The notes: generated by a model from the letters alone, not told the origin. A stretch of 64,000 bases of DNA from a virus (IMGVR_UViG_3300044708_000078:7950-71949), one strand, 5' to 3'. Positions 1 through 10,050 are shown, counted from the first letter of the stretch. Translations and numbers: made by a program.

Positions 1-1
1 C

Positions 2-673
2 GCTGACGGGTACCTAATCACCGTGCAGGGCGGACGGGCGCAGCGGGTGATGGACGAGGCCGGAAAGCCCGTTCAGGTGCGTGGTGGTAAAGATGGGGAG
101 GAATACGTGGAGGTGGAAGTCAACGGACGCAAACTTCGTGTCACTCCCGGCCAGGCGCTTTCCTACTACGGGCAATTGGGCCAGCGGGAAGAAGCCGCGA
201 CTGGCGATGCAGCCAAACGTCAGGCACACATCGACGCGTCCTCGTCTCTCTATAAGAAAGCCGACGCCAACGACGCCAACGCCACCGCGCTCGACGAGCA
301 TATCAAGAAACTCGAAGCAGGCATGGCGACGATGCCTGAAGGGTCGATCAGCGCGGTGGAGAAGGACGCGTCGGGCAACTCCGTCACGCGTACCTATCCC
401 AGCGCCCGCGCGCCGTTCGAGAAACAGATCAACGAACTCAAGGAGCAACAGCGCAAACTCCGTGAGCAGGCAGCAACATGGCGGGCGGAGGGTGACAAAG
501 AACGCGCGGCGGGAGAGGCGATTCCGGTGCGCGCGGCGGCTCAACCGACTCAACAACCCTACGCAGGCCGCACGATGACGCGGGCGAATCTTGAACGATA
601 CGCGAAGGACAAGGGGCTGACGGTGGAGCAGGCACAGAAGCAGGTTGAAAGTCAAGGGGTGCGGATTCAGTAA
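2..673 (+). CDS. Putative internal virion/ejection protein, 5'-truncated
   Basis: The frame is open from position 2 (ADGYLITVQGG...) to TAA 671-673. Ala/Gln/Lys-rich helical composition, lying just upstream of the large ejection-type gene. Confidence 0.5.
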   Translation, partial: ADGYLITVQGGRAQRVMDEAGKPVQVRGGKDGEEYVEVEVNGRKLRVTPGQALSYYGQLGQREEAATGDAAKRQAHIDASSSLYKKADANDANATALDEHIKKLEAGMATMPEGSISAVEKDASGNSVTRTYPSARAPFEKQINELKEQQRKLREQAATWRAEGDKERAAGEAIPVRAAAQPTQQPYAGRTMTRANLERYAKDKGLTVEQAQKQVESQGVRIQ

Positions 674-864
674 TGGCGCTTCCGTTCAAGGTGTTCGATT
701 ACGGGCGTTACGACGGTAAGTGGGCGTACTGTCTACGTTGTCAAGCGTGGGTTCCAATTGTTGGCCGGTCTGGCGGTGTATTAGACCCGCACATTGAAGA
801 TCATATAATTGCGTGGATGGAGATGAAACGGGTTGAGGCGCAGGGGGCGAGGGTTCAGTGGTAG
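673..864 (+). CDS. Small hypothetical protein (63 aa, one CxxC)
   Basis: TAATG overlap with the upstream stop; YCLRCQ motif; codons visibly T-richer than the neighbours. Confidence 0.6.
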   Translation: MALPFKVFDYGRYDGKWAYCLRCQAWVPIVGRSGGVLDPHIEDHIIAWMEMKRVEAQGARVQW

Positions 865-1070
865 AGTATGGTGTTTGTTCCCATTGCCTTGAAGTTAAAG
901 CGTGCCATGGTTGGCGACGGCCAAAACCTATCAAGCTATCGTTATTTGCTACGTTTGATCCTGACGTGCTGCCGGAAACAGTGGAGACTCTTATTTGTTC
1001 TGAGTGTCTTAGCCGAGGTTCGGTTTTGGAAATCCCAGATGTACTTGACGCCGAGTTTATAGATGCCTGA
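858..1070 (+). CDS. Small Zn-finger-like protein (70 aa)
   Basis: CSHC...CSEC pair; GGAG upstream; overlaps both flanking genes. Confidence 0.6.
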   Translation: MVEYGVCSHCLEVKACHGWRRPKPIKLSLFATFDPDVLPETVETLICSECLSRGSVLEIPDVLDAEFIDA

Positions 1071-4000
1071 TGATCTTGACGCCTATCTCAACCCCGCCCC
1101 CCGCAGGCCCAAACAGCCGCTCGATTTAATTGCGCAATACGAGAGCGGTAATCGCAACATTCATCAAAATGTTGTGCCTCCGGGTGGTGGCTACAATCCA
1201 TCTGTCGGACGTGTGACTGGCCCATCGTCCGCACAAGGGCCGTGGCAAATCACCAACGCAACTTGGCGACGTTACGCACCTCGTGCTAACGCGGGGCAGT
1301 ACAGAAGCGCGATGGAAGCGCCTGTCGAGGTCCAGCGTCAGGTTGCTCAGACTATCTTTGACAATGAAGGCTATGCGCCGTGGGCACTGTATAATGCCCG
1401 ACTACGTGCCGTCCTGCGTCGTGGTGAGGGCGACCAGTATCAGCACGCCCAGCAACCAACTTCCGACCTCGACCGTTACCTCGAACCTCCGGGACAGACC
1501 CCGCCAGCTCAACGCCAGAATGAACGACCATCCCCCGTTAATCCGCCAGCGTCCCCTGTGGAATCCCGTGAGCCGTCTGTCCCGAATGCTACAGCGATAC
1601 TTGACAATCTGAACCGCGAGTTTCGACGTGGCGTGCGGCAGGTCAAACGCCAAGCGGCACAACAGCAGCCAGCGGTCACTGGCAGCAGCAGTATCGGAGA
1701 ACTCCGTCGGATGGATGAACCGGAAGCTGCACGCATTCAACGCCTGCAAGCTGAAGAAGCCCAACGTGCAGGTCAACTTGCCCCGACCGCCGATTACATG
1801 GGCACGTTGAACCAACGTCAGCGCAATACCCGTGCGGCGCAGATCGCGGCCCGTCGCGCCTCCGAAGAACGCGCTGATGAACTTCGTCGTCAACAGGAAC
1901 AACCGGAACTTGATCGACTAACTCAGCAATACCGTCAGGAGATTCGCGAAGCAGCCCGGATAACCCCGAACTATGGCCCAACGCAATGGTTTCAAGAAGC
2001 GCTACACAAGGGTGAGGCCGGATTGTTGGAACTTGGCGCGGCGGCAGCACGGCCGTTTTCAACGGACAAAGCGAACACGATTCGTCTACATGCCGAAGCA
2101 ATGCAACGAGCAGCGGTTGAGGAAGGTGCGGATCGAAATGTCGTCAGTAGGGCATTACAAGATGCGACGGCGGGGCTGATCTCGACTGCGCCTGAACTTG
2201 CCGCAATGTCCCTCGGCGCACCGCCCATCGGCGTCTTTGCGGCTGGCGGCGGTGCACGTACGTACGGTCGTGGTGGTAATGCGAAGCAAGTGTTAGGTGA
2301 AGCGGCGAAGGGCGCGACCATTGGAGCGGCGTTTGAGTTACCCGTACCGTCACGTATCACAAGTGTGCCGTTACGTGCGGCGACAAAAGGCGCGACAGTT
2401 GGCGGAGCGACAGGAGCAATTGAACTAGCGTCGGGCGCTTCGCCGAAGGATGCAGCGAGCGCGGCAATTACCAATGCGCTGTTCGGCGCTTATGGCGAAC
2501 TCAAGCATGGCATTACTCCGCAGCGAGTTGAAGAAGTTGTAGCGCAAGTGCCAGAGTCGATGCGCAACAATCCGCAAGTGAGAGAGTTGATTGACAAGGC
2601 ACGTCAGGATGTTAGACAAGCAATCGAAGAAAAGAGGCGTGGTAGAGAAATAAAAACTGATAGTCTCCCACCCTCCCGTGATCTTCGTGGACAGCAGATG
2701 TTTGAGATGGTTCCCGAAGGCGAGGTCGTACTGCCGCGAGGAGGAGTGGAAAACTACCGCCCCAGCGGACTACAAGGAGAACAACGTGGCACACAAACCG
2801 AAGTTCAGCCGGGTGTGGCGCAGGAACGCGCGGCGGTTGAGCCAGCCGCACCCACCACCGAAACAGTATCCGCTCGCTCCGCAGTGGATCGAGGAAATGT
2901 TGAGACCGAATCCGTTCGTGGAAGTGAGCAGGAAGCTACTGCTCAACGGTTCTTTCACAGAGACTTTGGAGAGGTTGTAGAAAGCTTGAATCAGCGTCGT
3001 GTTGGTAAAGGACGTGTCCGCGTTGTCGCTGAAGACGGCAGTGAGCATGTGATCAAACGCAGCGCAATGACAGGTGCGGGTAATCAACGTGCGGTGCCGA
3101 TCCGCCCTGAGCCAATCGGCGAATCTACTTCCGAGCAACCATCGTCTCTCTTAAGCACGCTGAAGAAAACCTATGACTTCACGCCCGCGAGCACGGGACG
3201 GCTTGTTGTCTACGAAGGGGAACATCAGGGAGAGAAACTTAGAGTCCGCCTGCGCTTCAGCCGTGACGGGAAAGAGGTCACGGTCAATCTTGGGGAGCCG
3301 TCGTCTCCCGGCCCGGATGCTCTTGATTTCAGTCGGCGGCGTTCCTTTGGAATGTCCACCATGCTCGGCCTGAAGCGGTTTTTAGGAGAGCGGTACCCGG
3401 CGGTTGAGAGGCTTCATTTTCAGCGCGAGGGGTCAACCGGAGGCGAAGTCGGGAGACAGCGCCAGTTAGCGCTACGGCCTACTAAACCTGAGGCTTCCGA
3501 TCTTAACCAGTATCTTGAACCCGCCGAATCCCCCGCCATGGCTTCATCCCCTAAATCCCCGCCAGTTACCGCTACGGAGTCTCAGTTACCCCAGCCAAAG
3601 GAGGTCACGACACGTGCAACTACTGAATCGTTAGAGCCTGCGGTGCCACAAACTACAGTCAAAGCAGCGGAGAGGGCCGGTGCGGGGTCTTCTCCATCTA
3701 GTACCGCTGTCAGGAATGAGGCAATGGCCGAGGATCGTGCCGCTCGTGACCTGCCGGAATTGGTTGCCGCTGAGCCACGCCGGGCCACTGAAGTCCACCA
3801 GCGGGCACTGGAGGCCAACCGTGCCGATCCGCGCAGCGTGGAACGTCTCGTTACTCAGGCACTGGAGACTGATAAGAACCTGACTGACGTGGAAACCGCG
3901 CAACTGCGCCTCCGCGCGCAGGAGATTAAGAACCGTGAAGGCGGGTTGCTAAAGGAGATTAATTCAGCCACTGACCCACAGACAATCGGTGAGAAGCGCG

Positions 4001-6117
4001 CGGAACTCGACGCTCTGACCAACGAATTCGACCGTCTTAGTCAGGCGACGAGGAAATCCGGCACCGAGTGGGGCCGAGCTGGCATGGCGCGTCAACAGGC
4101 AATAGATCAGGACTTCAGTCTTGTGGCGATGAAAGCGCGATTGAAAGCGGCAAAGGGTGACATACTCAGCGAGCAGGAGAATGCGAAGGTTGAAGAACTA
4201 CACGCGCGACTGGCGAAAGCCGAAGCTGACCTGGCGGACGCAAATGACAGGCTGGCCCAGCGCGATCTTCAGAAGCAGATCGACCGCGTGACTCGCCGTC
4301 GCCAGCGATCGGAGACAAAGGAGTCACTGGACGCGGAGTTTGCCAGATTGATCACCGAGTTCAGTAAGGCGCGGAAAGAGATTAAGAATGTACAGGCGTC
4401 AGGACTGGCCGGACTCGATCCCGAAGGTAAGCTCACTAAGCTCGTTGCGCAGATGGCCCGTAATCGTATCAAGGCGGGAATTAACTCTACCGAAGCGCTG
4501 GTACGTGAACTCTACGAAACTGTCAAGGAGCATGGCTGGTCGCGGGAAGATGTCGTCAGCGTCATTCGTCAGACGGTTCGTGAATCCGACGACGTGCTCA
4601 GCCGCTGGGACAAGACACGACAGGCACAGCTGTTGAAACGCGAAGCTGAATTACAACGCCGTCTTACCGAGAAGGACTACAGCAAGCTTCCACCCCGCGA
4701 GCGCCCGATCTACAATCGTGAAACTCGACGACTGGGGGAACAGGTTCAACACCTCAAGAACCGTTTCGACCTGGAAATGGAACGCGCCAAGCCCGGCCAT
4801 CTCTGGCGTCAGCTCAGCGGTATCCGTAAGTCATGGATGCTCTCCGGTATCTCCACGCAGGCGAAGAACATTGGCGGGACGGCGGGGTATCAGGTATTCG
4901 ATGAACTTGCCCGGTTCCCGGCGGTGATTGCCGATGCGGCAGTTGCTCCATTCACCGGACGCCGTTCGATTACCCAGTCACCCACCGCAATGCTCGACTC
5001 AGTGTTACATGCCGTCCGTACCGGAGGCCGTGAAGCTGGGGAAATCATGCGAGTCGGCGCGACGAAGGAGCAGTTGGAACGTCACCAGTTCAGTGAGATT
5101 GACACTGGTGTTAAGTTGATCGACTACACTTCAAACCTCGTCTTCCGCTTCATGTCCGCCTCGGATCGCGTCTTCTACAACTACGCGCTCAAACGCAACT
5201 TCCTCGATCGTGCATTGGCGCAGGCGAAAACTGAAGGGGCAGCGAATCCGCAACAGCGGGCGAAGGAATTGGCTGAACACCCGACAGAAGAACTCGACGC
5301 TGCCGCCAAGCACGATGCGCTTGTAGCGACGTTCAACAACAGCAACCAGCTCAGCGAGGCAATCAAACGTGCTCGCAGTAACTTCGGCTCTAAAGCCAAC
5401 TTCGCCATCGATCTCGTCATGCCCTTCGACCGCACCCCTACCAACGTCATCGCGCGAATCATCGAAGCGTCTCCAGCGGGCGCAGGTAAGGCGGCGTATC
5501 AACTGGCAAAAGCGGCGATCAACAGGTCAATGACTGTCGAGGAGCAGCGCCAGTTCAGCCAGACCGTCGGTCGTGCGACTGTCGGAACCGCTATCATGGC
5601 GCTGGGCTGGAGTCTCGCCGACAAACTCCTCGACGTGGAAGACTATCGTGTGTTGCTGAACATCGGCGGCTATCGCCTCGATCTGACCACCATCTCCCCG
5701 GTCGGCAACCTCATCGCCCTCGGCGCGCGGATGCGCAAGGCGTATGAGAAAGGAAGTTTCGCCGACGCCGCCAAAGCCGGGTTGCGGGTGCCGTTAGACC
5801 AGCCACTGCTGCGTGCAGGTAGTGAAGTAACTGAGGTAGTGCGCGACCCGGCCCGCAGCACCGCACGTTCAGGTGGACGGCTGGCGTCCAGTTTCATTCC
5901 CTTCGGTGGACTGGTGCGTGACATTGGTAAGGCCATCGACCCTGAGGAACGCAAAGCCAAGACCTTTAAGCAGCAGGTACAGCAAAACATCCCTGTCTGG
6001 CGTCAGCGACTTCCTGTGCGTCCGGTGAGACAGAAGCAGTTAACAACGGGCACGGGCCGTCCGAACGCGACTCGTCTAACCGCCGCCAGTCGTCCTACCA
6101 GTGGTCAGCGTCCATGA
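1063..6117 (+). CDS. Large internal virion/ejection protein with N-terminal Rpf/SceD-like lytic transglycosylase domain
   Basis: 1684 aa. IAQYESG (catalytic Glu), GPWQITNATW and AMEAPVEVQRQVAQTIFDNEGYAPW match the Rpf-type lysozyme-fold pattern. The C-terminal helical region has PFDRTPTNVI, as seen in podovirus ejection/polyvalent proteins. Confidence 0.75.
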   Translation: MPDDLDAYLNPAPRRPKQPLDLIAQYESGNRNIHQNVVPPGGGYNPSVGRVTGPSSAQGPWQITNATWRRYAPRANAGQYRSAMEAPVEVQRQVAQTIFDNEGYAPWALYNARLRAVLRRGEGDQYQHAQQPTSDLDRYLEPPGQTPPAQRQNERPSPVNPPASPVESREPSVPNATAILDNLNREFRRGVRQVKRQAAQQQPAVTGSSSIGELRRMDEPEAARIQRLQAEEAQRAGQLAPTADYMGTLNQRQRNTRAAQIAARRASEERADELRRQQEQPELDRLTQQYRQEIREAARITPNYGPTQWFQEALHKGEAGLLELGAAAARPFSTDKANTIRLHAEAMQRAAVEEGADRNVVSRALQDATAGLISTAPELAAMSLGAPPIGVFAAGGGARTYGRGGNAKQVLGEAAKGATIGAAFELPVPSRITSVPLRAATKGATVGGATGAIELASGASPKDAASAAITNALFGAYGELKHGITPQRVEEVVAQVPESMRNNPQVRELIDKARQDVRQAIEEKRRGREIKTDSLPPSRDLRGQQMFEMVPEGEVVLPRGGVENYRPSGLQGEQRGTQTEVQPGVAQERAAVEPAAPTTETVSARSAVDRGNVETESVRGSEQEATAQRFFHRDFGEVVESLNQRRVGKGRVRVVAEDGSEHVIKRSAMTGAGNQRAVPIRPEPIGESTSEQPSSLLSTLKKTYDFTPASTGRLVVYEGEHQGEKLRVRLRFSRDGKEVTVNLGEPSSPGPDALDFSRRRSFGMSTMLGLKRFLGERYPAVERLHFQREGSTGGEVGRQRQLALRPTKPEASDLNQYLEPAESPAMASSPKSPPVTATESQLPQPKEVTTRATTESLEPAVPQTTVKAAERAGAGSSPSSTAVRNEAMAEDRAARDLPELVAAEPRRATEVHQRALEANRADPRSVERLVTQALETDKNLTDVETAQLRLRAQEIKNREGGLLKEINSATDPQTIGEKRAELDALTNEFDRLSQATRKSGTEWGRAGMARQQAIDQDFSLVAMKARLKAAKGDILSEQENAKVEELHARLAKAEADLADANDRLAQRDLQKQIDRVTRRRQRSETKESLDAEFARLITEFSKARKEIKNVQASGLAGLDPEGKLTKLVAQMARNRIKAGINSTEALVRELYETVKEHGWSREDVVSVIRQTVRESDDVLSRWDKTRQAQLLKREAELQRRLTEKDYSKLPPRERPIYNRETRRLGEQVQHLKNRFDLEMERAKPGHLWRQLSGIRKSWMLSGISTQAKNIGGTAGYQVFDELARFPAVIADAAVAPFTGRRSITQSPTAMLDSVLHAVRTGGREAGEIMRVGATKEQLERHQFSEIDTGVKLIDYTSNLVFRFMSASDRVFYNYALKRNFLDRALAQAKTEGAANPQQRAKELAEHPTEELDAAAKHDALVATFNNSNQLSEAIKRARSNFGSKANFAIDLVMPFDRTPTNVIARIIEASPAGAGKAAYQLAKAAINRSMTVEEQRQFSQTVGRATVGTAIMALGWSLADKLLDVEDYRVLLNIGGYRLDLTTISPVGNLIALGARMRKAYEKGSFADAAKAGLRVPLDQPLLRAGSEVTEVVRDPARSTARSGGRLASSFIPFGGLVRDIGKAIDPEERKAKTFKQQVQQNIPVWRQRLPVRPVRQKQLTTGTGRPNATRLTAASRPTSGQRP

Positions 6118-9100
6118 TCTCTCTCACCCCTGAACAGGAAGCCGCGCTCAACGATCCGACCCTCGGTCTGAACGGCATGACGCCGGAGTCGTTTCAAAAA
6201 CTCTGGCCCTACTTCACCCCAGCGCAGAAACGGCAGTTCAAGAAACTTGCCCCAGTGCTGGAACGGTTATTTGCTCCGACGCCGGAGCAGATTGAGGCGG
6301 AAGGTGGGCGCGCGTGGGCCAAGCGTTTCTTCCCGCAGTCCTTCTCTCGCGACTTCACCAGCTATCAATCTGATTTCTGGATCTGGGGCTGGGAGATTCA
6401 ACCGGATGTCTATTACCGGCCCCGCGTGGAATGCGAACCGCGTGGGGTAGGCAAGAGCACTACAGCGGAGACGTGGCTGACTTCGATTCTCGCTCGTAAG
6501 CGTCGTCGCACTGTAGGGTATATCTCCGGTACCGACGCTAAGGCGAACCAGCACTTCGGCGGCGTTAAACGCAAGCTGGAGAACCCGGAACTATTAAAAA
6601 CTTACCCTCACCTAAAGCCGCAGGTGCAGAAGTATCGCAACGCCTTCAACTCATGGTCGCAGGACAGGTTGGTAACAGACGGCGGGCAAACGATCATTCC
6701 TATTACCCTGCAAGGTTCGAACCGTGGGTTTAAGTCTGAGGACGACATTCGGTTCGACTTATTGATCTTCGATGACATCGACTCTCTTGGTGAATCGCCG
6801 GACGTGATCGCCAAGAACCTTGACCTGCTAAAGTCTGAAATCCTCCTTGCCGGTTACGCTAACACGCTCATTGTTGTCTTCCAGAACTTGATCCATCGTG
6901 ACTCCATTGTCACGCAGGTCATGGATCACCGGGCGGACATTCTCAGTGACCGTGACTTCCGTGGGCCATATCCGTTGATGAGATGGTACGATGCGGAGAA
7001 AGTTGATCTTCCCGACGGGGGGAAGCGTTGGGTAATTACCGCAGGCGAGCCTTATGATCCGGCGATCTCTATTGAATACTGTGAATCAATCCTCAACCAG
7101 ATTGGCAAAGACTTATTTGATAGAGAATGCCAGCAGGATGTGTGGAAGGTTGCCGAGGACAAGGACTTCCGCGAGTGGGACGAGGTCTATCACATCATCA
7201 CGCAGAGTGAAATGGAGCGTGGGTTTCGCAACGTGCAGCTTCGTGACACCAGCGGCTTCTTCGTCCCTTCCCGCTGGCACGTTGGACGTGGCTTCGACTG
7301 GGGGTGCCTGCCGCTGGATACGGAAATTCTTACGAAGGACGGATGGAAGTCTCACGATCAGTTAAAAGTTGGTGAGTCCGTTGCGGGATATGACTGGGAA
7401 AGCTCGCAATCTATTGTATGGACTCCGCTGAAGAAGATTGTTTACAAGGATAGTCAACCGCTTGTAGAAATGCGTACTAAGTCATTCCGGTTTGTCTGTA
7501 CGCCTGATCATGCGTGGATTGTGAAACGCCGTAAACGACTAAAGAGAACTCGTGATACTTACCGTCGTCAGAACCTGGACACGATTTCATTTGGTGGTGA
7601 TAGGTCTTTGATAGTCGCCGCTCGTTGCGACGAACAAGGAGAAATTGAATGTTCTTCTGCAATGGCAGCAGTGCTTGGTTGGCTCGTAACGGATGGCTGG
7701 ACATATCGTAAGAAGGGTAAGCCAGCAGGCGCGATGCTTTGTCAGAAAAATCATCCTCAAGCTGTTATTGACGCTCTGGTTTTATCGGGGTTGGAGTGGA
7801 AAGAGGTCAAGCCAATGAAGAACGGTGTCCGGCTCTTTTACTTACCAGCGTCATCGTTCCGCAGATTGCGCAAGGTTACAGGTTATACGGGGAAGCAGTC
7901 TCTTAGTCCGATTGTCACACGTCTTTTACCTGAAGCGCGAAAAGCGATGCTTAACGCAATGTTGTTAGCGGAAGGGACAAATGGAGGCGCAAAACGTAAA
8001 TCGCTTTTCTGTCAGCAGAAAGGTTACGTGAGTGATGCCTTTCAAATTCTTGCATCTTTGTCAGGAATTCGATTAGGTATTCAGCGTGAACATCAAAGTC
8101 AATGGGGAACATCGCACCGTATTCCGTTACTGAGATTTCAAGCTATTAAAGAACCAAGACTAGTTCCGATTGAAGGTCTGCATCGAACGTGGTGTCCTAG
8201 CGTGAGTGAAGGTGCGGTCATTGCTCGCCAACGCGGACAGGTGACAATTACGGGAAACTCAACCCGTCAGCATCCCTCGGCAGTCGCCTACGTCACACGG
8301 CCCGACAAGACCTGCCCGCACGACGACGCACACTTCGTCTTCGCTGAAGTCGTCGCACCCAAATTCCCTTTCGACCCGTCGCTGGCGTCTGAAGTCGTCA
8401 GTCCCGGACGCGTGGCCCACGCGATCAAGCTCACTGAACGTAACTTCCACATTCAGTCATCGCAAATTGAGCAGTCAAAGATGTCGCATGAGGCATCCGC
8501 CGCCAAGAACACCCTGATGCTCGATCTGCCTAAAGAACTCACCATCTTCTTCAACAAGTGGAAAGCGGCGAAAGGTTCCGGTGTCCCACAGATTCAGAAC
8601 ATGCTGGAGATTGATCGCACGAAGGAGCATCCGTTCCGCGTCTACCCGCAGGGTCATCCGCATGCCGGGAAGCCGCTCATGGGCCGACCGCGTATCTACT
8701 TCGTCGTTGCTGACGGGCAAGGGGAACTCTATTGCGACGGTGATGGAAAGTTACGTGTACGTGGAGCGCGAGACTCACACGGACTGGCCCGCTGCCGCTA
8801 CGAGATGCCGTTGTACTCGCACCGGAACGCCGGGAAGAAGAAGATCGACGACGACTTCGTGGATGCGCTACGCGGGCTGATGTCTACCTTTGGTGTTCAT
8901 GCTGATGCGCTGACTGAATCCGAGGAATTGATCGCCGCGACCCCTAAAAAGTATCGTGCTGAGACTGTGTTCGGCGCTGACTATACGCCAGAGAAGGAGA
9001 TGAGCTTTCACTATCAGACCGCCCTCGCCAAACAGCGCGTCCAGATTGGCCAAGCCGTCACCTTCGACGAGTTCAACCAGCCCGTCGATCAACAAAATGA

Positions 9101-9125
9101 TGAACTTGTGGAAAGTTTGTGGTAG
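6114..9125 (+). CDS. terL: Terminase large subunit containing an intein
   Basis: Walker A EPRGVGKST, Walker B LLIFDDID, nuclease RGFDWG and C-terminal KKIDDDFVDALR; ATGA overlap with the upstream gene. Confidence 0.93.
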   Translation: MISLTPEQEAALNDPTLGLNGMTPESFQKLWPYFTPAQKRQFKKLAPVLERLFAPTPEQIEAEGGRAWAKRFFPQSFSRDFTSYQSDFWIWGWEIQPDVYYRPRVECEPRGVGKSTTAETWLTSILARKRRRTVGYISGTDAKANQHFGGVKRKLENPELLKTYPHLKPQVQKYRNAFNSWSQDRLVTDGGQTIIPITLQGSNRGFKSEDDIRFDLLIFDDIDSLGESPDVIAKNLDLLKSEILLAGYANTLIVVFQNLIHRDSIVTQVMDHRADILSDRDFRGPYPLMRWYDAEKVDLPDGGKRWVITAGEPYDPAISIEYCESILNQIGKDLFDRECQQDVWKVAEDKDFREWDEVYHIITQSEMERGFRNVQLRDTSGFFVPSRWHVGRGFDWGCLPLDTEILTKDGWKSHDQLKVGESVAGYDWESSQSIVWTPLKKIVYKDSQPLVEMRTKSFRFVCTPDHAWIVKRRKRLKRTRDTYRRQNLDTISFGGDRSLIVAARCDEQGEIECSSAMAAVLGWLVTDGWTYRKKGKPAGAMLCQKNHPQAVIDALVLSGLEWKEVKPMKNGVRLFYLPASSFRRLRKVTGYTGKQSLSPIVTRLLPEARKAMLNAMLLAEGTNGGAKRKSLFCQQKGYVSDAFQILASLSGIRLGIQREHQSQWGTSHRIPLLRFQAIKEPRLVPIEGLHRTWCPSVSEGAVIARQRGQVTITGNSTRQHPSAVAYVTRPDKTCPHDDAHFVFAEVVAPKFPFDPSLASEVVSPGRVAHAIKLTERNFHIQSSQIEQSKMSHEASAAKNTLMLDLPKELTIFFNKWKAAKGSGVPQIQNMLEIDRTKEHPFRVYPQGHPHAGKPLMGRPRIYFVVADGQGELYCDGDGKLRVRGARDSHGLARCRYEMPLYSHRNAGKKKIDDDFVDALRGLMSTFGVHADALTESEELIAATPKKYRAETVFGADYTPEKEMSFHYQTALAKQRVQIGQAVTFDEFNQPVDQQNDELVESLW
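7305..8258 (+). mobile_element. Intein (318 aa) with LAGLIDADG-type homing endonuclease
   Basis: Begins CLPLDTEILTKDGWK, ends VTITGN|S(+1). Endonuclease motifs VLGWLVTDG and MLNAMLLAEG. AT-richer than the exteins; inserted right after GFDWG. Confidence 0.92.
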
Positions 9126-9134
9126 CATCCGCGC

Positions 9135-9410
9135 GTGGCTGTACAGTTTCGCAACATCGCTGATATGAAACGACAGCCTCTCGGCGGTCTACCACAACCG
9201 ATGCGAAAACAGATGGAGGTTGGGCCAGTGCCTCTGACGGAAAAAGGTTCCAAGATCATGAGCGCCATGAAAAAGGAATACGGCGCGAAGAAGGGCGAGC
9301 AGGTGTTTTACGCCAGCCGCAACGCGGGGAAGATCAAAGGCGTCGATCCTGAGAGCCGCCCACGTCGTCGGATGAAAGTAAAGTATCCGAGTCCGTCTCG
9401 GCCTAAATAA
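9135..9410 (+). CDS. Small basic hypothetical protein
   Basis: GTG start; the protein-like segment IMSAMKKEYGAKKGEQVFYASRNAGKIKGV fills the gap after terL. Confidence 0.65.
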   Translation: MAVQFRNIADMKRQPLGGLPQPMRKQMEVGPVPLTEKGSKIMSAMKKEYGAKKGEQVFYASRNAGKIKGVDPESRPRRRMKVKYPSPSRPK

Positions 9411-9480
9411 AGTTGGGCGACTAGATGTAATCGCACCTGCCGCCCTGATCACCGTAGAAATCCGTCAAAGGAGAAGCACG

Positions 9481-10035
9481 ATGACCGCGATGGTTCTACT
9501 CTCGGAGTGGATGAAAAGTCAAGTTGAATTCTGGATGCCCGTACAAGAGTACGAAGGTTATTACGACGTTTCAAGTCAGGGTAGAGTTAGGAGTTGGCGG
9601 CATCCATGTCGTCGAGGTCATGTATGGAGACGCGATATTCCTCCGCGGGTTCTCAAGGAAAGCTTGAACAATAGAGGCTATCGCTGGGTAATCTTGGAAA
9701 ATGGGAACGGCAGCCGAAAAACATTGTTCGTGCATCAACTGGTCGCTAAGGCGTTTATTTTTAACCCAGAAGGGCGAACACGGATAAATCATCTTACAGG
9801 ACTTAAAAAGGATTGTCGCGTTGATGGGTTGGAATGGACTACCCCAGCCGAAAATAGCCGTCATGCTGTGCGGCATGGGTTATCGGCTGTTAAGTCAGAG
9901 AAACAGGTAAAAGAGATTCGCCGTACGGCTAAAAGTGGAATACCGCAAGCGGTAATAGCGCGGCAATTTGACTTAAGCTCTGGGGGTGTATGCTTGATTA
10001 TCCAGCGTAAGCGGTATGCTTACATAGACGATTAA
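9481..10035 (+). CDS. NUMOD4-HNH homing endonuclease
   Basis: NUMOD4 motif WMPVQEYEGYYDVSSQGRVRS; HNH motif VHQLVAKAF...INHLTGLKKDCRVDGLEWTTPAEN; C-terminal HTH; AAGGAG RBS. Confidence 0.88.
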   Translation: MTAMVLLSEWMKSQVEFWMPVQEYEGYYDVSSQGRVRSWRHPCRRGHVWRRDIPPRVLKESLNNRGYRWVILENGNGSRKTLFVHQLVAKAFIFNPEGRTRINHLTGLKKDCRVDGLEWTTPAENSRHAVRHGLSAVKSEKQVKEIRRTAKSGIPQAVIARQFDLSSGGVCLIIQRKRYAYIDD

Positions 10036-10050
10036 CTGAGGAGGCTGATT

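Noticed and set aside
1063-6117. Tape measure protein
   Set aside because: No tail tube, sheath or tail-assembly chaperone genes; the content fits a podovirus ejection protein.
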